From Candidatus Saganbacteria bacterium (GTDB lineage Bacteria > Margulisbacteria > WOR-1 > O2-12-FULL-45-9 > XYB2-FULL-48-7): a DNA stretch of 53,716 bases. The notes beneath the pieces are model-generated. The model was given only the letters and a program-made list of their open reading frames with translations. It was not told the DNA's origin and made no database searches. Positions within the stretch are counted from its first letter, which is position 1. The number at the start of each line of letters is the position of its first letter. Location: contig JAFGHC010000033.1 in NCBI GenBank assembly GCA_016939335.1, positions 1-53,716 on the forward strand. Reading direction: 5' to 3'. The translations under genes and the position numbers were made by a program. Shown here piece by piece: positions 1 through 7,545 of the stretch.

Positions 1-791
1 AAGCCGGCGCCGAAGCCGAACATCATGATGACGATGTTGAACGAATAGGTGTTGTAGATCAGCCCGAAGAGGATCAGGATGAACCAGACCGGCCGCAGCA
101 TCGGCCAGGTGATCGTCCAGAACTTGTACCAGGGGCCGGCGCCGTCGATCTCCGCCGCCTCGTAAAGCTCGTCGGGGATCGTCTGCAGGCCGGCCAAGAG
201 CATCAGCATCGAGAGCGGCCAGTAGCGCCAGATCGTCGGGATAATGATCGCCCAGATCGTGTTCGGGCCGGTCAGCCAGGAAAGTTTGTGCGGCATGAGG
301 TGCAGCCAGTCGACCAGGAGAACGTTGACCAGCCCGCCTTCCTTGAGCCACATGATCCCCCAGAGCAGGCCGGTCACGTAGGTCGGCACGATCCAGGGAA
401 AAAGGAAAAGCGTGCGGACGACCGGCCGGCCGAAAAACTTCCGGTTGACCATCAGCGCCACGACCATGCCGACGGCGAGCGTGCCGGCGGTCACGATCAC
501 GGTGTAGATGACCGTGTTGCGCACCGCCTCGAAGAGGCCGATGCGGATCGGGCTGCCCGGGTCGATCAGCACGGCGTGGTAATTCCCCAGGCCGATGAAG
601 GGGGCGAGCAGGTAGCGCTGCAGGGTCAGCTGGTTGAGGTTGAGCAGTGACATGTAGATCGACTGGGTGATCGGCGAGAGATGGAGGAAGAGCATGGCGA
701 TGAGCGTGGGCAAAATAAAATAGTACGCGATCCGGTACTGTTTTATCCTCGCCCAGAGACGTTTTTTTATTTTTTTATCTGAATTGCTCAA
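1..791 (-). CDS. Carbohydrate ABC transporter permease (MalF/UgpA-like), truncated by the window edge
   Basis: Not in the ORF track; translated by hand from TTG at 791 (RBS-like AGGGATAGG upstream): ...YYFILPTLIAML...PFIGLGNY...LFPWIVP...LLAGLQTIPDELYEAAEIDGAGPWYKFWTITWPMLRP. Contains the EAA loop and several TM segments. Confidence 0.93.
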   Translation of the reverse strand, partial: MSNSDKKIKKRLWARIKQYRIAYYFILPTLIAMLFLHLSPITQSIYMSLLNLNQLTLQRYLLAPFIGLGNYHAVLIDPGSPIRIGLFEAVRNTVIYTVIVTAGTLAVGMVVALMVNRKFFGRPVVRTLFLFPWIVPTYVTGLLWGIMWLKEGGLVNVLLVDWLHLMPHKLSWLTGPNTIWAIIIPTIWRYWPLSMLMLLAGLQTIPDELYEAAEIDGAGPWYKFWTITWPMLRPVWFILILFGLIYNTYSFNIVIMMFGFGAG

Positions 792-910
792 AACGGACCT
801 ATCCCTATTTTCCTCACCGGGACTCGATCGCCAGATCATTCAGTAAACGGGCAAACAGCGGAAAAGCCGCGGAGAAAAAACACCGTCCGGGGAAAAGTCC
901 GCTCCCTTGC

Positions 911-1777
911 CTACGGTATTTTAGCCAAAAATAACGCGCTTTGCAAGGCGTTTTTCATTGCCTGCGCGGCCGCCGGCGAAGAGTCGATCCGCCAGTCGCG
1001 TTCCTTGTTGATGTTGAACCAGCAAAAGACTTTTATCCTGGGATAAGTTGAGATCATCTTCTGCAAAGCATCGGTGATCCAGGCCGCCTTGTCGCCCCCC
1101 GGCCCCGCCGACGCGAATTCGCCGATCATCAAGGGCTTGCCCGTCAGCGCGGTCAGCGTTCGATAAGCGCCGCCAAAGATCGCGTCGAAAGACTGCCAGC
1201 TGGAGTAGCCCCAGTTGTAGCCGTCCAGGCCGCCCCAGTCGACGTACCGGTCGCCCGGATAATAAGCGGCAAAATCGTTCCACGGCTCGTCCGGCAAGCC
1301 GGCGTTATTGGGGCACCAGACCAGAAAAACATTATCGGCCCCGACCGCTTGCCTTACATTATATATGTATTTCCATGCCTTTTTATACCTTGCCCCGCCC
1401 TCTGCCCCGCCATTGTGCGCCCCGTCCCATGGATACCAGTTGCCGTTCATCTCGTGGGCGAAACGGAGGAAGAGCGGCTTGCCCCAGCTCTTCGCGGCGA
1501 GGAAAAAACTCCTGACGTAAGCTTCGTAGCTCCCCGCCGCGATCGCTTCGAGCGTTCCCGCCGCGTCAGTGACCCACGGCTCCCAGGTGATGAGCGGCAC
1601 GCTGCAGTTGCGGTCAGCAGTTTCAACCTCGGCCAGGGGGAACGGCTCCGGCCAGTGAACGTACCAGAGGATAACGGCAAGTTTTTTACCGATGACGGCC
1701 TGGAAAGCCGGGAGATTTGCGAGGCCATTGACATAAGCGCCGACGGCGCAACCGGAAAAATCAGCGGAGGTGGACAT
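911..1777 (-). CDS. Glycoside hydrolase family 26 (beta-mannanase-like), no obvious signal peptide
   Basis: Motifs ITWEP, LRFAHEMNGNWYPW (acid/base Glu), YYPGDRYVDWGGLDGYN, KPLMIGEF (nucleophile). ATG at 1777 preferred over 1789. Confidence 0.9.
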   Translation of the reverse strand: MSTSADFSGCAVGAYVNGLANLPAFQAVIGKKLAVILWYVHWPEPFPLAEVETADRNCSVPLITWEPWVTDAAGTLEAIAAGSYEAYVRSFFLAAKSWGKPLFLRFAHEMNGNWYPWDGAHNGGAEGGARYKKAWKYIYNVRQAVGADNVFLVWCPNNAGLPDEPWNDFAAYYPGDRYVDWGGLDGYNWGYSSWQSFDAIFGGAYRTLTALTGKPLMIGEFASAGPGGDKAAWITDALQKMISTYPRIKVFCWFNINKERDWRIDSSPAAAQAMKNALQSALFLAKIP

Positions 1778-2165
1778 TGCGGATTTCAAGATTACTTTCG
1801 GACGGGCCGACCACCATGATCTGGACCTTGAACGGGTGTTTGACGATCCCGAGGATCGGGAAGGAATAGGGCTTGAAATAGTCGGTGGAGAGCTCTTCCA
1901 TCAGATAAGCGTCCTCGAACGAGGTCGCCGGCAGGTTAACGTTGCTCCGGTCAAAGACCTCGAAGCGGAGGCGCGTCCAGGGGGCGCCTTTCTCGATGCC
2001 GCCGCGGACCTCGACCTCGAGCAGCGACGGGTTCTTGATCTCTTCCCTTACTTCGAGAACGCAGCCGAGGTCGGTCCCCTTGCCGGAGAGAAAGTACGAC
2101 TCCTGTTTTTCCTCGGCCTTTTCGCCCGGCTTGCCGAAACCGGAGAAGAGCGGCTTCTTTTTCAT
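1761..2165 (-). CDS. Hypothetical protein (~134 aa), probably leaderless
   Basis: ATG at 2165 (MKKKPLFSG...). Overlaps the start of the GH26 gene. No family recognised. Confidence 0.7.
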   Translation of the reverse strand: MKKKPLFSGFGKPGEKAEEKQESYFLSGKGTDLGCVLEVREEIKNPSLLEVEVRGGIEKGAPWTRLRFEVFDRSNVNLPATSFEDAYLMEELSTDYFKPYSFPILGIVKHPFKVQIMVVGPSESNLEIRNVHLR

Positions 2166-2171
2166 AAAATA

Positions 2172-2199
2172 ATTGTAGCACAAAAAAAGAAAAAGTGAA
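2172..2199 (-). promoter_or_regulatory. Sigma70-type promoter with extended -10 (TGcTACAAT), 6 nt before ATG 2165
   Basis: Minus strand reads TTCACT-N16-TACAAT-TATTTT-ATG, with a TG extension and no RBS, consistent with a leaderless transcript. Confidence 0.5.
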
Positions 2200-2225
2200 A
2201 TTTTAGGCGGGGCCGTTCGACAAAT
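2196..2225 (+). promoter_or_regulatory. Sigma28-like promoter, copy 1
   Basis: TGAAATTT-TAGGCGGGGCCGTT-CGACAAAT upstream of ATG 2241. Confidence 0.7.
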
Positions 2226-2240
2226 AGGCGGGTAAATAAT

Positions 2241-3119
2241 ATGTTAGACAGTATCCGCTCAACCAGGTTTTCCATCAAAGCCGACACCGGCCGGCAGATC
2301 CCCTGCCACTGGGTCGTGAAGCCAAATGATAAACGTGATTTTTTCACTGACCGGGCGGGCTTGTCCGAGCTCCGGGAAAGTATCGCCCCGGCTTTCCGGG
2401 CAGCGGCCGGGATAGCCGATCTCAACCGGAGCGGTTTTCGCCTGACGGTCGATCTGCCTTGTCCGGAGCAAACCGAGATACATCTGGTCGCCGGCCAGGC
2501 CGCCCCCTGTCTTAACCCGCAGGACTGGCGCACAATAAAATCCACCACCTGGGACCCGCAAGCTCCCCTCTCTTTCCATGAAGCCTGGATCGAAGCGGCC
2601 GGCCGGCGTCAGGAGGCGCTCGCTCCCGGCGGCCGCCGCCTTTTCTATGCCGAAGGAGAATACGATTTTTTCGGTCTGCAGGACGGCGATCCCAAAAGCG
2701 AAACGCATTTCATTATGCTTTCGGCCAAGCCATTCATCAATCTGTTTGACGGCGGGGTCACTTCCGAGCACTGGGCCAGATACTTCGGTTCCGCCGGGCA
2801 AATACTGCAGCGGCTTGGCTTGGCCGGCCAACCGGCCCGTTTAACGGCCAATTCCGGTTTCGCGTACCAGGCGCTGGCCCGCCTTCACCTGCATGTCCAG
2901 ACCGCAGCCCGCCCGCTGCCGAAATTATTCCCGCAGGATTACGGCTTTTTGGTCGACGCGGAGGGCGTGATCGAAGCCCCGGCCGGATCAGGACCGCATG
3001 CCAGAATTATTGGGTTGATCGACCAGAGAAAAGCGGTTGCGGGGAACGACCCAAAGGCGCCGGCCAAAAGACAGGCTCTTGATCAGCAGATCTTTTCAGC
3101 GCTGGAAAATATCGGCTAA
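2241..3119 (+). CDS. HIT-superfamily protein with two tandem HIT-like domains (N-terminal copy degenerate)
   Basis: C-half: HFIMLSAKPF...ARLTANSGFAYQALARLHLHVQ (R-x-H-x-H instead of HxHxH). N-half: HWVVKP...GFRLTVD...EIHLVAG. Confidence 0.65.
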   Translation: MLDSIRSTRFSIKADTGRQIPCHWVVKPNDKRDFFTDRAGLSELRESIAPAFRAAAGIADLNRSGFRLTVDLPCPEQTEIHLVAGQAAPCLNPQDWRTIKSTTWDPQAPLSFHEAWIEAAGRRQEALAPGGRRLFYAEGEYDFFGLQDGDPKSETHFIMLSAKPFINLFDGGVTSEHWARYFGSAGQILQRLGLAGQPARLTANSGFAYQALARLHLHVQTAARPLPKLFPQDYGFLVDAEGVIEAPAGSGPHARIIGLIDQRKAVAGNDPKAPAKRQALDQQIFSALENIG

Positions 3120-3967
3120 AACAACGTTTCGATCGGTTCCAGGAAAGGCTGATAACCCCAGCTGGGATCAGCGACCCGCTGTCTGGCCTGCGGCTCGACG
3201 TTCAACTTCAGTTTTCCGGCGTAATAATCGGTAAACAGCTGACGGTACTGCTCCGGCTGGTCAACGCTTACCCAGTATCCATCGCCCACATCAAACCCGG
3301 CAAACCGATAGCCTTCGGTCAACAGGCGCGGAAAGATATTACGCATGAAATCGTTGATCTTGTTCTCGGGATCGGGGTCGCTGCTAAGCAGCGCGCAAAC
3401 CCGTTTAACCGCCCGCGACGAAAGCAGATAGATCGCGGCATTGAGCGCCCCCGCCACCGGGGTTGGGGAATTCAGGTACGGTTTCTCCGCGACCGCCGTG
3501 ATCCGGTCTCCCGCTAAAGTGATGACACCGCAGCTGCGCACATCGGCGGAGCGCTTATAAGCAATGGAAACGTCGGCTTGCGCGCGCTGGTGGGCAGTGA
3601 AAAAGTTTGGCCAGAGGAAATCGCCGTCCAGAACAATATCGCCGTAATAGACCAGAACGCTGCCGGGATAATTTTCCGAGGCCTTCAGGCAGTACGCCGT
3701 CCCTCTTAAAGTATCGGAAGACTGGAAGGTCAGCGTTGCAGCCGGCAAAGCCAGGCGCCGGAAATGTTCCTCGACCGCCCGCGCGTTCGCCGAGAGCGCG
3801 AATTCCATCTGCCTGATGCCGGCAGCCCACAGCGAGTCGACCGCATGCTGCAGCAACGGCTTCCCCAGGAGCGGCACCATCATTTTCGGCCGGTCCTGGG
3901 TGAACGGCACAAATCTTGTCCCCACTCCGGCGGCCAGGAATACTGCTTTGACACTTTCAAGGTTCAT
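3116..3967 (-). CDS. Sugar-phosphate nucleotidyltransferase (mannose-1-P guanylyltransferase-like), no beta-helix tail
   Basis: AVFLAAGVGTRFVPFTQDRPK, GTA, YGD, EKP, NAAIY. True start is ATG 3967 (MNLESVK), because the longer ORF runs through the promoter motif. Confidence 0.88.
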   Translation of the reverse strand: MNLESVKAVFLAAGVGTRFVPFTQDRPKMMVPLLGKPLLQHAVDSLWAAGIRQMEFALSANARAVEEHFRRLALPAATLTFQSSDTLRGTAYCLKASENYPGSVLVYYGDIVLDGDFLWPNFFTAHQRAQADVSIAYKRSADVRSCGVITLAGDRITAVAEKPYLNSPTPVAGALNAAIYLLSSRAVKRVCALLSSDPDPENKINDFMRNIFPRLLTEGYRFAGFDVGDGYWVSVDQPEQYRQLFTDYYAGKLKLNVEPQARQRVADPSWGYQPFLEPIETLF

Positions 3968-3975
3968 ATCTACAT

Positions 3976-4005
3976 ATATATCGCGAACTTTTCCGTAAGA
4001 TTTCA
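3976..4005 (-). promoter_or_regulatory. Sigma28-like promoter, copy 2 (divergent)
   Basis: Minus strand TGAAATCT-TACGGAAAAGTTCG-CGATATAT, then ATG at 3967. Confidence 0.8.
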
Positions 4006-4007
4006 AG

Positions 4008-4037
4008 TGAAATGTCCGGGAAAAACAGCCGATAAAC
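4008..4037 (+). promoter_or_regulatory. Sigma28-like promoter, copy 3
   Basis: TGAAATGT-CCGGGAAAAACAGC-CGATAAAC; contains a perfect GCCGATAA. Confidence 0.8.
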
Positions 4038-4062
4038 AAACAACGGGGGTCAGATAGTTACA

Positions 4063-5265
4063 GTGCATACGACAATCATAAATAATACAGCGAAGGCGGC
4101 AAGACTTAAGGCGCGGCTGGACCGGACTTGGTTCGGCCAAGCGGCCGCCCTGGCCGGCAGGAACGCCCCGCTGAAAGAACTGGCCCGGGCCGCCAAAAGC
4201 GACGTTTATTTTCTGCGGCTGATCGCACTGGCGCAGTTGGCTGACAGCCGGGAGGAGTTTGCTCTCCGTCGGGAATTGGGGCCAGAACACCTGGAATTGC
4301 TCAGGCTTTTCCAGGTCGCGCTGACCAACCGGGAGATCGACCCCCTCTCCGATGTTCATCGACAGGCCGCGCTCCATCCTTTTCAATTCGACCTGGTTAG
4401 GACAACCGAACAATATTTACAACGTACGCTGAATAGCCGTTACTTTCGTCGGGCAGCGGACGGCCGGAGCTACTGGGATTTTGTCGTCCCGGAGCCCAGC
4501 CACCAGGTTGCGTCGGGCCCAGAGATCATTAACAGGGTTGCCTGGGTCGCCAAAGAGGTCCCCCTGACCTTTTTATGGCAATCTCTCCACGACCTGAACA
4601 TCGTCTCCCGCAAGCTGGAACAGTGGCAAGACTCTCCGAGAAAAGTGCTGACCGATCTATGCGGACCTCATCTGGCCGAGTGGCGCACCAATCCGCGCGT
4701 GCAGGAGCTGTTGGCCGGGTTTTCCACCGCGACTGATGCGCAGAAAGTCAAGATCGCCGGCTCGCTGACTTCCTTGCCCGAATTCCCCAAGGACCGTCTA
4801 CCAGGAGTGGGGGCCATCATGGTCGATGCTGCGGGACAGATAATCGGTGTCGGGCACAATGCCGTCCCGCTGCCGACGGAATTCAGGCCGGACTGTGAAG
4901 TCTGGGGATTTTTCCCTTTCCTCATCAGCGGAAAAAGGGTCAGGACCGTGGAATTCGGCCTGCGACGGTCGATCTGCGCCGAACAACGGTCGCTTCTTTC
5001 CGCCGTCCTGAACGACGAACAACCGGCAGGCGCCACGGTCTATGCCAGCCTTGGCCCGCCCTGCTACCAGTGCCTCATTACGCTGGTGAACGCCGGCGTC
5101 AAGCGGATCATTTACCCCCTGTCGTCCGATCGAGGGCACGGCGCGACCGGCGCCTACGAGGACCGGCGGACCAGAGAACTCCTGTTCAAACTCAACGTCA
5201 AACCGACCAGCCAGGGTGCGGTTGGCGCGATCGATCTGGGGGGCATCCGGCAAGGGCGCCGATAA
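4063..5265 (+). CDS. Zn-dependent CMP/dCMP-type deaminase domain with ~240-aa unknown N-terminal region
   Basis: VGAIMVD..GQIIGVGHN, ICAEQ, ATVYASLGPPCYQC, NAGVKRIIY. Confidence 0.8.
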   Translation: MHTTIINNTAKAARLKARLDRTWFGQAAALAGRNAPLKELARAAKSDVYFLRLIALAQLADSREEFALRRELGPEHLELLRLFQVALTNREIDPLSDVHRQAALHPFQFDLVRTTEQYLQRTLNSRYFRRAADGRSYWDFVVPEPSHQVASGPEIINRVAWVAKEVPLTFLWQSLHDLNIVSRKLEQWQDSPRKVLTDLCGPHLAEWRTNPRVQELLAGFSTATDAQKVKIAGSLTSLPEFPKDRLPGVGAIMVDAAGQIIGVGHNAVPLPTEFRPDCEVWGFFPFLISGKRVRTVEFGLRRSICAEQRSLLSAVLNDEQPAGATVYASLGPPCYQCLITLVNAGVKRIIYPLSSDRGHGATGAYEDRRTRELLFKLNVKPTSQGAVGAIDLGGIRQGRR

Positions 5266-5270
5266 CCATT

Positions 5271-6446
5271 ATGATCACTTATTCCAGCAACAACAATCGT
5301 CTCTCTGCCCGGCCGAACAGCCCCGTATTCCACCAGTTTGCCAGTCTGCTGGTAACCATGCCCGGCAACCGGATCGCCCACGTGGCCCGGGCGGTCAAGG
5401 CCTACGAATTTATCGGCGCCCGATCGTTCCAGCCTTTGTGGGACTCCCTCCCGCTCGACAGCGCGGGAGGCTATTTTGCCGCCGATGCCGGCCAGCGCGG
5501 CACTCAAGCGGCCTACGAAGAACAGCTGCTGCGCGTTCACCGGAGGATCGCCGGCTTGCTCCCCAAAGATCTCCCCACTTTAGAGACCGGCCTGGTGCTG
5601 CACGATATCGGCACGCTGCGCGACCAGGGCTGGGACCATGACAAGGCCGGCGCACCGATGGTGCCGGGGACCCTCAAAATTTACCCTGTCCCGGGGGCGG
5701 ACGCAGAAAGGGTCGCCACTCTGGTCGGCAGCCATGGCGCGATCCCCAATTTCGGAGTCGACATCTTCCCGGAAGATCTGGCCCGGCTTGACGCGGCGCT
5801 GCGCGACCAGCTTTTCATCTTAAGCTGCGCCGATGTCGCCGCCCGCCCCGGCAAAGGCGCCCAGATCGCAGAGGACGCCAGGATGAACGGCCTGACCCCG
5901 TCCACGCTGGCGACTTACGAGCTGATAGCCGACCCGAAGAACCTGTCGGACAAGAACTGGTTCATCGATTTCCGTTTAAGACATCTCTTGAGCCCCTGCG
6001 TCTACTCCAACCTCACCGATCCAGAGCTGGCTGAACTGAAAGGCCGCTTAAGGCTTAGTTTAAGCGCCAAAGCAGAAGCTGATCATGAATTCTTTCTGTC
6101 AAAATTCCTCTTCGGGCTGGAGAACCGCTGTTTTCCCGTCATCCGGGAGACCGCGCAAGGGCCGGATGGCAGGCTGCACTACACGGAATTCACTCAATTA
6201 TTGTCTTTTTTGAGCGAACGAGTGAAAAACTTTTTTGCCGCGCAGGGCGAAAGGCGGGTCATCCTTTTTTCCGAGCCGGACCTGTTCCGGTTTTTGCCCG
6301 GCGACCAGCAAAGGGGAAGCTATCTTTCTTCGCTGAAAACCGCCCTGGCCGCGGGCAAACTCAGCCAGGAGCATGCGACCATGACGGCTACGGCCGACGG
6401 CAAATACAAACTGACCTTGCGGCTTGATCGCCTGCCGCTTTCCTAA
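5271..6446 (+). CDS. HD-domain metal-dependent phosphohydrolase-like protein
   Basis: VLHDIG...DHDKAG...GSHG...SCAD. ATG 5271 (MITYSS) follows the stop at 5265; the 5070 extension overlaps the upstream gene. Confidence 0.7.
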   Translation: MITYSSNNNRLSARPNSPVFHQFASLLVTMPGNRIAHVARAVKAYEFIGARSFQPLWDSLPLDSAGGYFAADAGQRGTQAAYEEQLLRVHRRIAGLLPKDLPTLETGLVLHDIGTLRDQGWDHDKAGAPMVPGTLKIYPVPGADAERVATLVGSHGAIPNFGVDIFPEDLARLDAALRDQLFILSCADVAARPGKGAQIAEDARMNGLTPSTLATYELIADPKNLSDKNWFIDFRLRHLLSPCVYSNLTDPELAELKGRLRLSLSAKAEADHEFFLSKFLFGLENRCFPVIRETAQGPDGRLHYTEFTQLLSFLSERVKNFFAAQGERRVILFSEPDLFRFLPGDQQRGSYLSSLKTALAAGKLSQEHATMTATADGKYKLTLRLDRLPLS

Positions 6447-6465
6447 CAACGCTAAACTACTCACC

Positions 6466-6495
6466 TGAAATTCTCCGCGGGAACTGACGATATAT
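6466..6495 (+). promoter_or_regulatory. Sigma28-like promoter, copy 4
   Basis: TGAAATTC-TCCGCGGGAACTGA-CGATATAT. Confidence 0.8.
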
Positions 6496-6510
6496 ATGGT
6501 GAGAGAAACT

Positions 6511-7545
6511 ATGACCAACAATATTCTTGTCACCGGCCATAAAGGCTATTTGGGCAGCGTATTGACCAGCCTGCTGCTGAGGCGCAATTACCGCGTCAGC
6601 GGCGTGGACACGAACTACTTTCAAACAAGGCCGTTGCAGTGCCGGGGAGTGACGGAACAATTCAAGGACATCCGCAGCATCACGCCAAACAACTTCCGCG
6701 GGATCACGGCTGTCGCGCACTTCGCCGCCATTGCGGATGACTCCTCTTCCCAAATCGTGCCGGAAACGACCACTGACATTAATCTTGCCGCCACGCTGAA
6801 GCTGGCAACCATGGCCAAAAAAGCCGGGGTAGAAAGATTTGTTTTTTCCTCAACTTGCGGGGTTTATGGCAACACACTCGAAGGAACGCTTCTGACGGAA
6901 ACTTCACCCGTGCTTCCCAACAGCCCTTACACGGCCTCAAAACTGGAAGCAGAAAAAAGATTAACCGACCTGGCCGACAGCTCCTTTACCCCCATCTTCC
7001 TGCGCAACGCCACCGTCTTTGGCTGGTCCGACCGGAACCGTTTCGATTCGCCGGTGAACAACATGGCTTTCATGGCCGTCAGTCTGGGCAAGGTCAAACT
7101 GCGAACCAACGGCTTGTCCTGGCGGCCTGTAGTTCACGTGAACGATGTCGCCCGGGCTTTTTTGCTCGCTCTGGAAGCGCCCGCCGCCAGCGTCTGGAAC
7201 GAACTTTTCAACGTCGGCGCCAACGAACTCAATTTTCGCCTGATCGACATCGCCAACGCCGCCTGCACGGCAATCGGGGGCGGCACGCCGGAAACGGAGG
7301 AGGGCAAGGTTGCGACCTCGTCTTATGTCTGCGGCTTCTCCAAGATCAAGGACACACTCGGTTTTTCACCCCTCTGGTCACTGAATCGCGGCCTTGAAGA
7401 CATGATCAGGAAGATCAGAGAGAGCGGCAACCGCGCCACCCTCTTTAACCACAACAACAAGGCAATGAGGCACCTTCTGTCAACAGGAGAGATCGATTCT
7501 GGTTTTAGATGGCTCAAGGCCGGTGGAGAGGCAAGCGAAACGTGA
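6511..7545 (+). CDS. NAD-dependent epimerase/dehydratase (extended SDR, NDP-sugar modifying)
   Basis: ILVTGHKGYLG, FSSTCGVYG, YTASK, LRNATVFG, RPVVHVNDVA. Start 6511 preferred because ATG 6496 abuts the promoter -10. Confidence 0.92.
   Translation: MTNNILVTGHKGYLGSVLTSLLLRRNYRVSGVDTNYFQTRPLQCRGVTEQFKDIRSITPNNFRGITAVAHFAAIADDSSSQIVPETTTDINLAATLKLATMAKKAGVERFVFSSTCGVYGNTLEGTLLTETSPVLPNSPYTASKLEAEKRLTDLADSSFTPIFLRNATVFGWSDRNRFDSPVNNMAFMAVSLGKVKLRTNGLSWRPVVHVNDVARAFLLALEAPAASVWNELFNVGANELNFRLIDIANAACTAIGGGTPETEEGKVATSSYVCGFSKIKDTLGFSPLWSLNRGLEDMIRKIRESGNRATLFNHNNKAMRHLLSTGEIDSGFRWLKAGGEASET

Noticed and set aside
288..650. 120-aa plus-strand ORF
   Set aside because: Antisense to the ABC permease, which has a clear EAA motif.
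855..905. Short GGAAAAG repeats and hairpins between GH26 and the ABC permease as a riboswitch or terminator
   Set aside because: Stems are short and match no family I recognise.
5238..5265. Possible 15th promoter copy (GCCGATAA before ATG 5271)
   Set aside because: No TGAAAT at the required distance (GGGGGGCA instead); not counted.
4063..6446. Deaminase + HD pair as an anti-phage dCTP deaminase or other defence system
   Set aside because: No kinase/P-loop domain and no defence-island context; cannot be supported from sequence alone.
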